Shown piece by piece: positions 23,086 through 35,358 of a stretch of 64,000 nt of DNA. A model generated the notes under the pieces. It was not told the origin of the DNA. It saw only the letters and a program-made list of their open reading frames with translations, and did no database searches. Source of the stretch: Entomortierella parvispora E1425. Taxonomy: Eukaryota; Fungi; Mortierellomycota. Location: positions 2,666,001-2,730,000 of the forward strand of contig BQFW01000002.1 in the NCBI GenBank assembly GCA_020891255.1. Reading direction: 5' to 3'. Position numbers and translations under genes: made by a program. Numbering within the stretch: position 1 is the stretch's first letter; each line of letters opens with the position of its first letter.

Positions 23086-26000
23086 CTATGATCCTTCCTT
23101 GAGCATCTTGCCATTACTGCGCTTTCCCCTCGTCATGGGTTCAATGCCAATGCTTGACCCTGGACCTGAACCTACTGGTCCAGGCCCAAATCCGCCACCT
23201 TCCATCTGGACCTTGCTCAACAAGAAGACGACTTCTCTCGCCCAGGTCTTGACTCGATCGTCCTGAGTACCATTTCCAAAGTGACCTCTGTTTTCATCCA
23301 CCATGAGCACACATGCCTCCTTGCCTTCAGGTCCGTACCAAGAGTTCAGTCTGGATCTTAACCGGGCAACAAACTTGGCAGATTGAGTATAGTCCACTCT
23401 TTGGTCTCGCTCTCCACAAGTGATCAAGAGTGCAGGTCGGCGTTCCGTCAAAGGGGGTGGTGGGAAGGACGAGGGATGACTCTCTGTTGTTGATGAAGAG
23501 GGGTCTGATTCTGGGATGGTATCATAAGGTGAATAGCTGGCCATGTAGTCGTACATCTGTTCAGAGTCTGCCGGGTTACCCCATTCGAGGTACTCGACTT
23601 TGGTCAATGGAATTTTTGGGTCCAGCATGGTCGTCATGGGGTCCAGGAAAGGGACAGACAAGATCATTGCCCTGAAAAGGTCAGGCCTCATATTGGAGAC
23701 GGCGCCTAACGTATCAGAGGTAGAAGATGGAGATCGATTAGATGTTTTTCTCATATCCGCAATCACTTTTATATCTATAAAAGTCTTTCGGTCCTAAGCC
23801 CTTACCCATCAGCAATCCTCCAGCACTGACACCGCTTGCCGTCAATCTTCTGGGGTTGGTATATCCAGCCTCAACCAGGTGTTCAGCTACATCAATGAAA
23901 TCCGTAAATGTGTTGCGCTTCTTTTCCAGCTTTCCTTGATGGTACCACAATGTGCCGAGTTCAGAACCGCCACTAAAAAGATAAAAAGAGGAAATAGTGG
24001 TTGAGAGTGAGCAATAAGTTCTTTGTCCATAAAAGAAGTCGCATCTCTATTTTATCCCCTCCTTTATCATACCGAACATGGGCAAGAGCAATGATCCAGC
24101 CGCGCTCCAGCAGAGGGAAATGTTCAACTCTGAAGTCAATGTCCGTGGGCACACCATAGGCACCATAGGCACGCATCAATGTTGGGTTCCGTCCATTGAG
24201 TTGAAGGTTCTTGCGATGCAGCAATGTTACAGGGATCTGTGCCGTGCCATCCTCTGATGGGACGTTGATCCGTGTGCAAGTGAACTTTGAGCGATCCAAG
24301 CCTATGAAACAAACGAAAAAGTATGAAGTCAGCTTTTCGTTCATCAATGAATGGTAAACCTATTCTCAAGGGGGAACCCCCTATTCAAACTTACGATGGA
24401 TAGGATGGACGCGAAGAGCTGTCATCACCCGCGAACCCATATCATACTCATAAGTAGCCTCATGTGCATAAGGCGAGTTCAAAGTGAACTGGAAAGAATC
24501 TGTATCGTAGTCCTAAAAGTTGGATAATTATCGCTCGTCAGCCCCGTCCTTTCAGCTTTGCAAGAGTGGGAGGGTCATAAAGTCTTTTGTTTTTCACTCT
24601 TACCAAGTTGACGCCTGCTCCGATAGTACAAAATTGCTCTGGGAGAGGCACCTCGTGAACGGCGCCTGTTTCAAAGTGGTAGCAGGAAACAACAGGGAGG
24701 GCATCTCGCTTGGCATAGATGACCATGAAGTTCCTGAAGATATCCACGTCCTCAATCTTTTCGCCATCCTTTGCCTCCATGAGCTCTACCCAAGAATCCC
24801 GATTGGGGTCATCTCGATGTGCGCGCATGACACGAAAGTTCTTTTTGGGATTGGCGTTGGTCAAGATGTAGTAATGGTCCTATAAATCAATAGAATGAGC
24901 AAAGCATGGTTAGAAAACACTTTTGAAACCAAGGTCATTTGCTCCGCACTGTGTCTGAGCGATACTTACATCATGGTGATCCACATAGTATTCTACGCCC
25001 TCTTCTCTTGGAGCAATGACCTTCAGCTCTGGCACTGCTCCCGAGGAAAAGTCATGACCTGCATCCAGCACTCTGACCTCCGAAGAGGAGAGAGAGTTTC
25101 CGTTGATCGTGATATACCGTTGGTCCTTTGTAGATCCAACATCAACGAAAATACTATCATCATCCTCCTGGAACACCAATGTATCCGCCTCCTGAGGGGT
25201 GCCGACCTGATGAGCCCAGACTTGATATGGCCGAAGTAACTCGGTTGCTTTGGTATAATATACAGTCTTGTTGTCGTTGCCCCAAACAAAGTTGAACACA
25301 TCCTCGAGCACCTCCTAGAGAAAACAGCCGGTAAATCTGTGTTAGAATGTTGTTTCCTGTCTATTGTTGTTTTGAGTTTCATAGGACAAAACCAACCTCA
25401 TAAGGCTCTCCACGCTTCAAGTCTCGGAAGTGCAATGATCCAAGCTCTTCACCTTCCTCTTCTGTCAAAAAGGAAAATGTCTGATGTCCTGTTGAAAGAA
25501 GCACCTTCTTCACATTACAATTATCAGGCAGATATCCCGAATCCAGCAAGATCTCCTACATACAAGTAAAAGTGCACGTTGAGAAAATGTGATAATAAAA
25601 ACATTGATAGACGACCATAGCGTTGCAGAAGCTGACCTCCTTTGCCATGGGGCCTTTCTTTCTCCGGCAGTAGACCATGCCGTGTCGGCTTGTTTTGGTA
25701 TAGTATTCATATCCACGGACGGTCGTTGTCAATGGTGCCGAGATCCTCTGCGTCCTTAGAACTTGCTTCATTTCCTGTTATGATCGGATCAAAAGATGGA
25801 TGATATGTTAGCATCTCGATCGACGGCATCCTCCTTTGGGATGTCGCATTTTACGAGACAAAGTTCCAAAGCGCTTACTCTGTTCAAAAGGTGGATCGCA
25901 GCAGTTTCCGATGCAAAGTACTCATGAGCGTATCTAATCGATGCAGTTGATTTGTTGAATGACACTGTGAGTTGACAAGGATCGCCATATAGCCGATGTG

Positions 26001-26686
26001 GATCCTAGTGTATGATGTAGATCAAAGAGTCCTACGTGTTTTCTGCCTGAATATAATCTTTAAGGTCCTAGAATTGCCAAAAGAAAACGAAACAGGTCAG
26101 CGATCTGTGTACAGGAATGCTCATTGGGGACGGATAGTAAGCACGACGATTTGTGGGGCCAGATCAGTCTCTTCCTTACAGGGTCATTCTTGTTGGCCAT
26201 CCATTCGAACTCATCCACGCGAACACGGCCAAGAACTCGGGTCTCCTTGGGCAACTTTTTCGGTGGTTTCGGTGGCAACGGCCTAAAAGATTTGATTTTC
26301 CCAGGACGGATCAGAGTCAGGGTTCTCTTGCATAAGTCCAACTTTTTGAGAGATCATAATAATGGCACCTACTGCTTGAAGACCGCCCTGAGGGTGCCGA
26401 GGAAACTGAGGTCTCGCTTCTGCTGGATCTGATAATTGCAACGGACAAGGACAATGCTGGTCGAGGGGCAGGATGCCGTTAAGGGAGGGGAGACACGTCG
26501 GAGAGTCGAGGTTAAAGTACCCCTTCCGGAATTCGGTCTGGGCGAAGGAAAGGAGGTTGAGTGAACCAGACGCCATCCTGCAGACAGGGTCCTGCTGGGT
26601 GGGTGGCCGGTATGGGCACGAGTGAGTGCAGGAGTAAGACTCCTGGCAAGAGGCATTGGTCTGGATGGAGATGCGATCAGATGCAT
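23086..26686 (-). CDS. ptrB: Oligopeptidase B / protease II (peptidase S9A), multi-exon, with a putative mitochondrial presequence
   Basis: RVRVDEFEWM, AYGAYG, KKRNTFTDFI, nucleophile GVSAGG, VPFLD, EYLEWGNP, DQRV and GHFG (Ser-Asp-His triad present). Arg/Ser-rich N-terminus with no acidic residues. Start codon tentative. Confidence 0.88.
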
Positions 26687-26986
26687 GCAACGAAGGAGGG
26701 AAGACAGACGAGGACAGACGACAGTTGCCAAAGGAACCCAGGGCCGGAGAAGGGGAGAAAGGGAGAAAGCAGGGCGAAATGGAGGTGGCTTAGATGTTTA
26801 GACGATGAGTGTATGAGATGCAGGCTGATGCATGCATTCGTTGCTCTCTTTGTCTTTTCTTCTCTTGTCTTCTTGCATCGCCTCCTCTTGCTTGCTTACT
26901 CGCTTCTTCATCAGCCTCTTCTTCGTACTGGACTTGTCCTTATCTCGACACTCTACATACCCCACTCTATCCAACCAATCATCAAT

Positions 26987-27653
26987 ATGAACAACCGCGC
27001 TAATGTAGGCCGAGACACGTCTTGGAATGATGACGCTGTGCAATGCAGTCTTCAGAACTGAATGTGGTAGCTAACTCGACTCTTGCTGTTGGCTCATGTA
27101 TAGGTTCGTTTGCCACCAGAGGTGAACAGGGCACTGTTTGTTCGGTAAGAACCCGAGGATTTACCAACCGTAGTCCTCTTTGAACTGGGGTTTGTTCCTC
27201 CAAAATGACCTACAAAGTTGTGTACAGTTCCTAAAACTTTGACCGGTTCCTCTTCTCTATAGTAACCTGCCATTCAAGATCACACCCGAGGAGATGTACG
27301 ACATCTTTGGAAAATATGGAGCGATCCGTCAGATTCGTGTAGGGAATGCTACAGATACAAAAGGAACCGCATTCGTCATTTACGAAGATATTTTCGACGC
27401 AAAGACAGCATACGAGCATTTGCAGGGATTCAACATCATGGGACGGTACCTCATCGTGCTGTACTACCAACCAAACAAGGTCACAAAGAAGATGAACTTG
27501 GCAAAGAAGGAAGAGGAGCTCAAGGAACTAAAGACGTAAGTTGGCTCTATGATTGTCAGACCATTCAGGATATATCTTGAACCTTTTAAATGCTAACATG
27601 CTAACTTGTTTGTTTTTTCTTCCAGTCGTTATGGAATCTCTGACGACGATTAG
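26987..27653 (+). CDS. SF3B6: Splicing factor 3B subunit 6 (p14), 4 exons
   Basis: MNNRAN|[14 protein letters not shown]|[27 protein letters not shown]...YYQPNK. Confidence 0.95.
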
Positions 27654-27938
27654 TCAATGGGAACTGGTACGTCAGGAACAGAACCACAACAATTAACAGC
27701 TTTTTGGGCTTTTGGACGAGGATTTTTGGGACAATCGGGATGGCAAATCATTTTGTCCGCAGACCCTCCATCTCGCCTTTATGTACTATAGCACCACCCC
27801 AATAAAAAAAAGCAATACAAGCGCCATCACGCAGCACAGTAGCGACAATGGGAAAGGGATAATAGTGTTATTGTTACAAGTGGTTCGATATGGTACATCA
27901 GAAGAGGCTGTTGCTAGGAGCACATCCATGGTTCTCTT

Positions 27939-28917
27939 TCAAGGCAAAGTCTCATCAACAACAGCTTGCGCACCATCAATACGGGCAATGTTGGACGATA
28001 CAGTCTATGTTGTAAAAGCAAAGGCACTCGTTAGGGAAGACGTCTTTACAGAAACAAATATTCTATGTAAACTGGTATAGCTCATATACCTTTTTCAAAC
28101 CACTCAACAAAGCAAGACTGGATGTAAACTCCTGAGTGACGAGATCGAGTCTCTCCAATTTCACTATTGAATTCAAAAAAAAGGCAAAGGTCAACAATAG
28201 GTTTCCCAGAACATCATCACTCAGGTCAGCTCCAAGATAAAAGACAAAAAAGAATCCTACCACCATTGTCTTCTTCTGAAATATCAGCAGCCTCGTCTTC
28301 TCCCTGCTCAAACTCGATCCTGTCAGCAAGTGCAGCCTGGCGACGGAGTGCATCGTCCAGCAACATCTTGACTTGCTCCGGCACTCTTTTCCTGCGCTCT
28401 GCCACTTTTAGCATCAGGTCTTCTGCAACAGCTCGTTGGCGCTGTACTTTTGAAGCAAGAGATTCATCCAGCGGCTCCACATCTATATCACAGAGTATAC
28501 AGAATCCATTGAGAACCAGTCAGCCCTGAGAAAAGTCTGCAGCTCTGACTTGCGATATTTGACGACTGAGCCTGTATGTGCTTACCGTCGTTAATGATGG
28601 CCTCTCTGTAGGGAATGCCATTAATGTCAATGCTGGCGCTCGACATTTCAATTACTTTCTCGAGCCACTATATTGAAAATGGTTTCGAGGATTAACTTCC
28701 TGTTAAGAGTGGAGAGGCTGTACATCCTGATATTCCTTGCTCCAAGAGCGAGCAGCATTCCTTTCCCATTGCATGAATGTACCTGATCCAGCAAAGGTTG
28801 AACTTGCGACATGTCGCCATGCTGTTGCTCTAAATTGGTGTAGAGATTGGCCCGCCAAATGTCGGCCAGGTATTGAATGTCGGCCTTAGAAGAGACGTTG
28901 ATCTTTGGGAATTCCAT
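27939..28917 (-). CDS. NSL1: Kinetochore Mis12-complex subunit Nsl1/Mis14-like
   Basis: MEFPKINVSSKADIQYL, LETIFNIVARE, SASIDINGI and MEPLDESLASKVQ...VAERRKRVPEQ fit the Mis14 family pattern. Confidence 0.65.
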
Positions 28918-29192
28918 TGTAGCTCTGGTTCTGTGATGGAGCAGTTGATTCTGTCGATTGTCAAGAGGGAAGAAAGGGGGAAACAAGAAAAAGAAGAAAG
29001 TCGGAGACGCGTTTTTTTTTTTTTTTTTTTTTTATCGAAGAAAATTCATGTTGTGGTGGACGCGCGCTGGTCAGATGGACGATTGCAATAAATATACACG
29101 GGAAGGGTTTGGAAGACGGTGAGAAACTATATACGACCCATGGTTGTTGTTGGACATGGCTGAGTGGGGAACGAAGGAAGAGAGGCTACTCT

Positions 29193-29944
29193 TTATCCGT
29201 CAAGCTCAATCAAGGCAGTTTGAGGAGTCTTGTTCAACAACTCGGCGGGGACCTTCTCGTGCAAGAAACTGGTGCAGTACATGCACTTGACAGCCTTGAT
29301 GGGAACATTGGCGCTGCACCAGGGGCAAGTAGCGGTGGCACCCGAGGCAGGGACGGGCTCGGGCTTGGTGACTTCAGGAGCGGCATCGCCGTTGCTGTGG
29401 TGCTTCAGACGGTGACGCTCGCGGGCCTCGCTGACCTTCTGGGCAGTGTAGACAATGACAAACAGAGTAACGGCAACCAACAAGAAGTTGATAATGGTCA
29501 TGATGAATCGACCCACGTTCTCAGTCACAGCACCATCTTTCTGAGCGTCCTCAATGGTCTCGTACTGTTGTCCGGGGGTCTTTCCGCGACGGAGAACAAT
29601 AAAGTAGTTCTCCATGTTGGATCCGGCAACGACAAGACCCAAAGGAGGGGTCAAGATATCATCGACGAAACTCGAGAGGACCTTGGAGAATGCACCTCCA
29701 ATGACCAGACCCTGTTATGGCGAAGAGAGATAAAGAGATGGACAATGCATGTAAGAACAAGGGTCAGGAAAAAGGCACAAAGGAAGAAGAAACACACACA
29801 TGGTCACACGGCAGCAGACCGACTGCCACCGCGGGAAAGTTGGAGACGTACCACACCGAGATCAATGATGTTGCCGCGCTGAATGAACTTGACAAAGTTC
29901 GTCCACGCTCCCGACTCCTTGACGCGTTCACGAATACCTGGCAT
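29193..29944 (-). CDS. mscL: Large-conductance mechanosensitive channel MscL homolog with a C-terminal zinc ribbon (1 intron)
   Basis: Spliced FVKFIQRGNIIDLGV|GLVIGGAFSKVLSSFVDDILTPPLG and GRFIMTIINFLLVAVTLF (MscL S1/TM1/TM2). Tail CPWCSANVPIKAVKCMYCTS. Confidence 0.9.
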
Positions 29945-31245
29945 GCTGACTGTTTGTGTTGAGGGTAATGGGGTGGAAAAGGAAGGAATGAGGGTGAATG
30001 GACGAGACAGAGAGAGAAAGAGAGAAAAAAAGAATTTTTCTTCTTTGCTTATGTAGCTTATGGTATCTTCTGTCAGCAATTGCGCCCTTTGTGTTTTGTG
30101 CGGCAAAAAGTCCTTTCTTGCTTCCCATTGCACCCTCCCCACCCTCTCCCAGCTCTCTCTTTCTCTCTCTCACAGGGCAAGGAAAATGATCGATCTCTTT
30201 TCCAGCCCAGGAGCTGACCCCATCCCGCGCTTTTCTCATGTAAGATTTTTTTTTCTTGCTCCGCGACTGGTCCTCAACAGCGAGATGGACGCGTTCTCTT
30301 CTTGTCTTTCTTGGGCGGAACCACAAAAAAAAACTTTGTGTCCCCTCTTTTTGATCCAGCAACAATATTGACAAGTCAGTTGACGAGGTGGGCACGCTGG
30401 GAGGGGATGGGCTAGGCTAGTCTGAACACCCCATTGGCTTTTCGCAAACACGGATTGTGCCAGAACGAGTGAAAGACAACAGAGGGCGTTCAAGGGTTGT
30501 TGTCTGCAAGGTAGAAAAGACAGCTCAAAACAAAAAACTGTAACTGCACTGCATGACCTTGTTTTTTCTCTCCTCCAGCTGGTCGATTACTGCTGTTTGT
30601 GCCTCCTCCTTCCTCTCGGACGGCAACACATATCATCCTGCAGGTTGGGAAAAGGGGAATAACGATCTACAATCCTGTGTTCAGAAACGATTCAATTGAG
30701 ACATCCGAACATGAACTCAAGCACAACACAAAAAATGAGAGAGATGAGGGGGAAAAAAAGAAGAAAAGAAAAGAAACGAAGAAACTAAAGAAAGAAGAGA
30801 GGGGAGTCCACATCCATGACACATCCCCAAAGCCACACCGCTAAAAGCCTAAAACTTCATGGCTCTGTGAGCAAAATAAAAAGATAAAAAAAAATTCCTC
30901 GGAAAGAAACGAAAGGAAAGAGTCGACCGAATTAGTCCGAAGATTTGGGCTGTCAGATATCGATGCACGTCTTCTGCTCCTCTCTACTCTCTGACCCAGA
31001 ACCGTGATCACCCTCGACCGTTGACTGTGGATGAGCTCGACTCTTCCTTTTTCCCGAAAGAAATGAAAGTCGGTCTTTGGACCCTGGATGGCTCTTGGCG
31101 CCATGACGAGACAAGACATACCTTCAAAGACGGTCGACGGTCAAGTTTAGATATAAAGGGTCGAGGAACACACACTCTTCTTTCGCCACCGTTCCCACCG
31201 CACCATCAGACTTTCAAGGCCAGATCAAGAACAATTGTTGCAATC

Positions 31246-32513
31246 ATGTCTCTTCCCCCCAGCAGCCCTGTAGCCAAAGCAATATGGTCAGGATCCATCC
31301 CGATACTGTTCACCTTGGACGACAATGAACTTTGCGGCAGAGGCGTCGACATGGGCTTGATGGTAAATCAATTGGACACGCAGGTACCAGCCACGTTACA
31401 CTAGTTGAAACTGATGAACCCGTCATGATATTTAAATGGACAGATCGAAGCACAACGCTGCTCCTACTTGCCCCTGTTGGCAGAGACTGTTCGTGACCAT
31501 TTTGTAAGGACGGGACAGGTCTCCGGTCCAGGCGAGATTTGGTTCCACTACAAGGGAACTCCTCTGAAATGGTAAGGATAGCCGATTTAGAAGGTGGAGT
31601 TTCTCTTCCTACGGACGTGTTGCTGACGCTGTTTATCTTCCAAAGGCACTATGCAATCGGGCTGTTGTTTGATATTCTGGGATTACAGGCGTCGAACAAT
31701 TGTGCCGCGGAAGGTTTATTGCCATGGAATGTTACCGTCAACTTCCAAAACTATCCTGGAGACAAGTTGATCGCCAGCTGTGCAGATAGCAACGTCTGCA
31801 AAGATGCGTTCATGTCCATGATAAAAGAGGTAGAGCTCCACGATCTGCTGTACGATGGCTCTCGTTGGGAAGGCAAGCGTACTAATAGTCCTTCTCTTTG
31901 ATAGGCCGACTACCTTCGCAATGGTACTACCAAGAAAGTGATGAACTTGTCAAAAGCTGATCAAACACAGCTCTGGGATGGCATTCTGAAGCGTAGGTTG
32001 ATATGTTTTCTTATTTCCAAGTTGGGTAGGTGCTTTTTGTGCTTCGTGGCTGACAGATCTGCCATTTCACCGCTCTACCTGCACAGACGACTATAACCGG
32101 TTCTGGGATGTCAACCATCGTCTGGTCCTAAATGATGGTGCAGCACCGCGACACCTGCCAGTGAGAATCTATTTGCCAGGAAACAGCCCTGTTATCCAAG
32201 AACCTTTCATCCCTGCAGACGAGCAAGGTAGCGTCGCGATAGCGCGTGGATTAGTAACAAAAGTGAAGAAAGTGGTTCAAGGACTGATGACCACCATTGC
32301 ACTTTTTACATAGACCACCCCAGGACTCTGAGGCAGATCCTCAATGACGCGCTTCCAGCATTGTTTCCTCTTGAGGATGACGCCACGGCGGGACATGCGG
32401 CCGGGGCGTTGATCCATGGGGTCAAGCCGAGTCTAGAGACCAGTGCACTGTGGGCAGCACAGAACATGGCGTATGCAGACAACTTTCTGCACCTGGTTAT
32501 TGTCATTGAGTGA
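31246..32513 (+). CDS. ATG5: Autophagy protein Atg5, multi-exon
   Basis: AIWSGSIPI, RCSYLPLL, WFHYKGTPLKW|HYAIGLLFD, PWNVTVNF, FMSMIKE|ADYLRNG, RHLPVRIY, AYADNFLHLVI. Confidence 0.95.
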
Positions 32514-32716
32514 AGAAGAAAGAAGACGACAAGTAAAAGACACGTCTTGCATCAGTTTTGTCCATGACGAATAAAACGCGTGCCACGAGCATGCAATCGC
32601 ATTTGCGCACTGTTCCCCCCTTCGCTGTCTCTCCTCCCTTTCTCTCTGTCGTTCTCATTCTTTGAATTCACCCGCCCACCACCGCCGTCTTTCTTTTTTT
32701 TTTTTTTCATTCTCTC

Positions 32717-35108
32717 ATGGACACACTCGAACAGCCCATCCATATCGTCATCAGACTGCCCTACCCTCGGCCAGAGGGCTTTGTCGATGGCCAATCGGTA
32801 TGTCCGACGACCTGCATGTTTGAATTCACGCCCTCATGCACAGACAGTAGACGGGACTAAAAACGTCGTCATTGCATTGCAATGGACCGTAGATGCATTG
32901 GACTGAATCCATGGAAAAGACCCTGTGGCAGCTCATTGGCCAGACAAAGCCTTCACTGGTTGATTGTAGGTGCATTCTTCTTGACCGTGTGCAGAGTGCT
33001 CTGTGAACTTGTCCTGCAACCCTGATAGAGAGCTCAATTCGATTTTCTCTTCCTTCTTTCGCTCGTTTTCCAGGGACGGCGGTATCTCGACAGCTGGGCA
33101 ATGTTCCGATCCCATTCCTGATCAAGCACGCCGCGCTATTATATCAGAACCAGCTCCAGGATTTGCACCGCATGGGCGAGCAGCAAGACTTGGCAACTCA
33201 GCATCGACCCGTTTCAAGATCCAATAGCCGTGTTACTGGACCGGGGGGTTTCCTGGGATCAGTCGCACCCACGTCTACCGCTTCACCGCCGACTGTGCAG
33301 CAAGGGGCTAAAGAGGGCAACTCTGGCGAGTATCCTGGAGACAAGGACAAGGAGAGAGAAAGGGCGGCGCAGCAGGGACACGATGGTGCAGCTCCAAAGA
33401 CACAGGCGGGAGGCTCACCTCTCTCTGGAAGCACCTCAACATTCCCATCCTCTGCCAGACCAGCGTCCATGTCTTCCTCTGCTTCGACTATACGACCTGC
33501 GCAACCCTCATCACCTTCACCTTCATTCCGAACTGTTGCAAGTTCTCAGCAGACAACACATGACACATACGGATATAACTCTGGCGTACTATCCAACCGT
33601 GGGCAGACCCAGCCACGCTCCACTCGAGGATCGCAGCTGGTCAGTGCTCCCATCGAGCGCCGTTCAAACAACCTATTTGGAATGCATCACTTGCCGACTT
33701 CGCCTCAGGATGAGATCTCCCTTTCAGAGGCCAACAGGCGGATATCAGAGCCTGCGCACCCTTTCCATCACGCGACCATCTCGGCTTCACAAAACCTTCT
33801 CTCGCCTCCCGGTGTCAAGAAGTCGCCGCCAGGAGGTCGCTTTGGTGATCAAGGAAACCCATCCACATTTCAGGACAATGATCGGTCCTCTTCGATTTCG
33901 TCAGTGTCAACTCCTTATTCCCAGAGCAACAGCGCCTCCCAAATCTTTGAAGAGACCTCCTTTTTCAATCAACTATCCTCCAATGACTCTATACCACGAA
34001 GTCAGCAGCAGCAACGAACTGATATTCGCGAGGATAATGGTGCCAGGGGTGCCTTCCAGCAGCCACCCTTTGCAAACGCATTCGGTCTTGGATTGGTAGA
34101 CGGTTCTCACCTGTCCTCCTCTCGATATGACCAGCACGAAAGTCGAGATCGTGTTTCAACTCTGACTGACGACGACGGTGACACCGATGATCAGGAACAT
34201 GATGAAGACAACACAAGTCCGGATGAGTCTGGACCCTGGAGCGAGGAAATCAAGCAACTTCATTTGGAGGAAAATTTGGCTTTTTTACCGATTGGCAGTA
34301 CAGCTGCTTCTGGAATTCTTCCTCGATCAGAAGAGGACGGTCTGCAGAGGAGGACAACAACGTCTGGAGAAAAGATGCCATTCCAGCTCGATGATGAATT
34401 GGCCAATTTGGGCACACGGTCATTGGAGGAGATGTCTGAGCATGATGGAGGAGATGAAGATGAGGACCTGAGTGTGAGAGGAATTCGATTCAAGGACCAA
34501 CCTCATCACCACCATCCTCACCACCAACACAGTCCTGCACGTAGAGTCCGCGGCGCAGGATTAAATCGCGATGGTAAACATGCCAGATCGGGATCAACTG
34601 AGGGAGAACATTGAGGTCCTCAAACGTTAAATTTGCTTTACTTACAACAGCTTTATCTTCGATTGTAGGCGATGGTGCTACAAAGGCTACAAGAACTAGT
34701 CCAGAACGGTCTGGTCCGAGCTCGAGCAAGTCCAGTGCCCAAAACTCTGTCGGATCTTCGTTCAGCGATCTTTCTGGTAAATCAAATAGGGGAAAATATT
34801 AACAGCAGGAGAGCGAAGGACCGAAGTGCCGACATCCTGCCGAGAACTGCTGATGCCGTACAGAGTAACGCGGAGTAATGACTAAAAAGGCGGTTTCTTT
34901 CCTTTTTCTCTTGGATGGATTAGATTCGTCGGTGACCCAGTCGGCGATGGAGGACGCGTATCTCTCTGGGTTCAACAACTCCAAGACGTAAGAATATACA
35001 AGCATCAACAAATAGACGCATGCATGTCTCTGTCATGAAGACTGATCTGTTTGTTCATTTGCCCTGTTGTCTAGGTCCTTGTTCATGCACGCGTCCACAC
35101 GGAACTAG
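32717..35108 (+). CDS. ATG29: Autophagy protein Atg29-like, multi-exon
   Basis: N-terminal IHIVIRLPYPRPEGFVD...WTESMEKTLW (ATG29_N) and spliced C-terminal SVGSSFSDLS|DSSVTQSAMEDAYLS, with a long Ser-rich disordered middle. Confidence 0.78.
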
Positions 35109-35358
35109 CGCAACCAAAAAAAAAAAAAAAAAAAAAAAAAAAGTGCTTCGCCGAGTCACGTGCTGCAGTTGGAGTGGCAAATAAATATGTATGTAAAAGG
35201 CATGTACCTGTCAACACTCCCCTCTTTTGTTCTTTTCCTTCGCACAACCTCACAGCACGAATCATTCCGGAGTGCGTTTGCCTGAGCTTGTATTCCTTGG
35301 ACCCAAGTGCACGTACCTTCCGTCTGCCTCCAGGAAGAATAAAGGCGACCATTGCACC

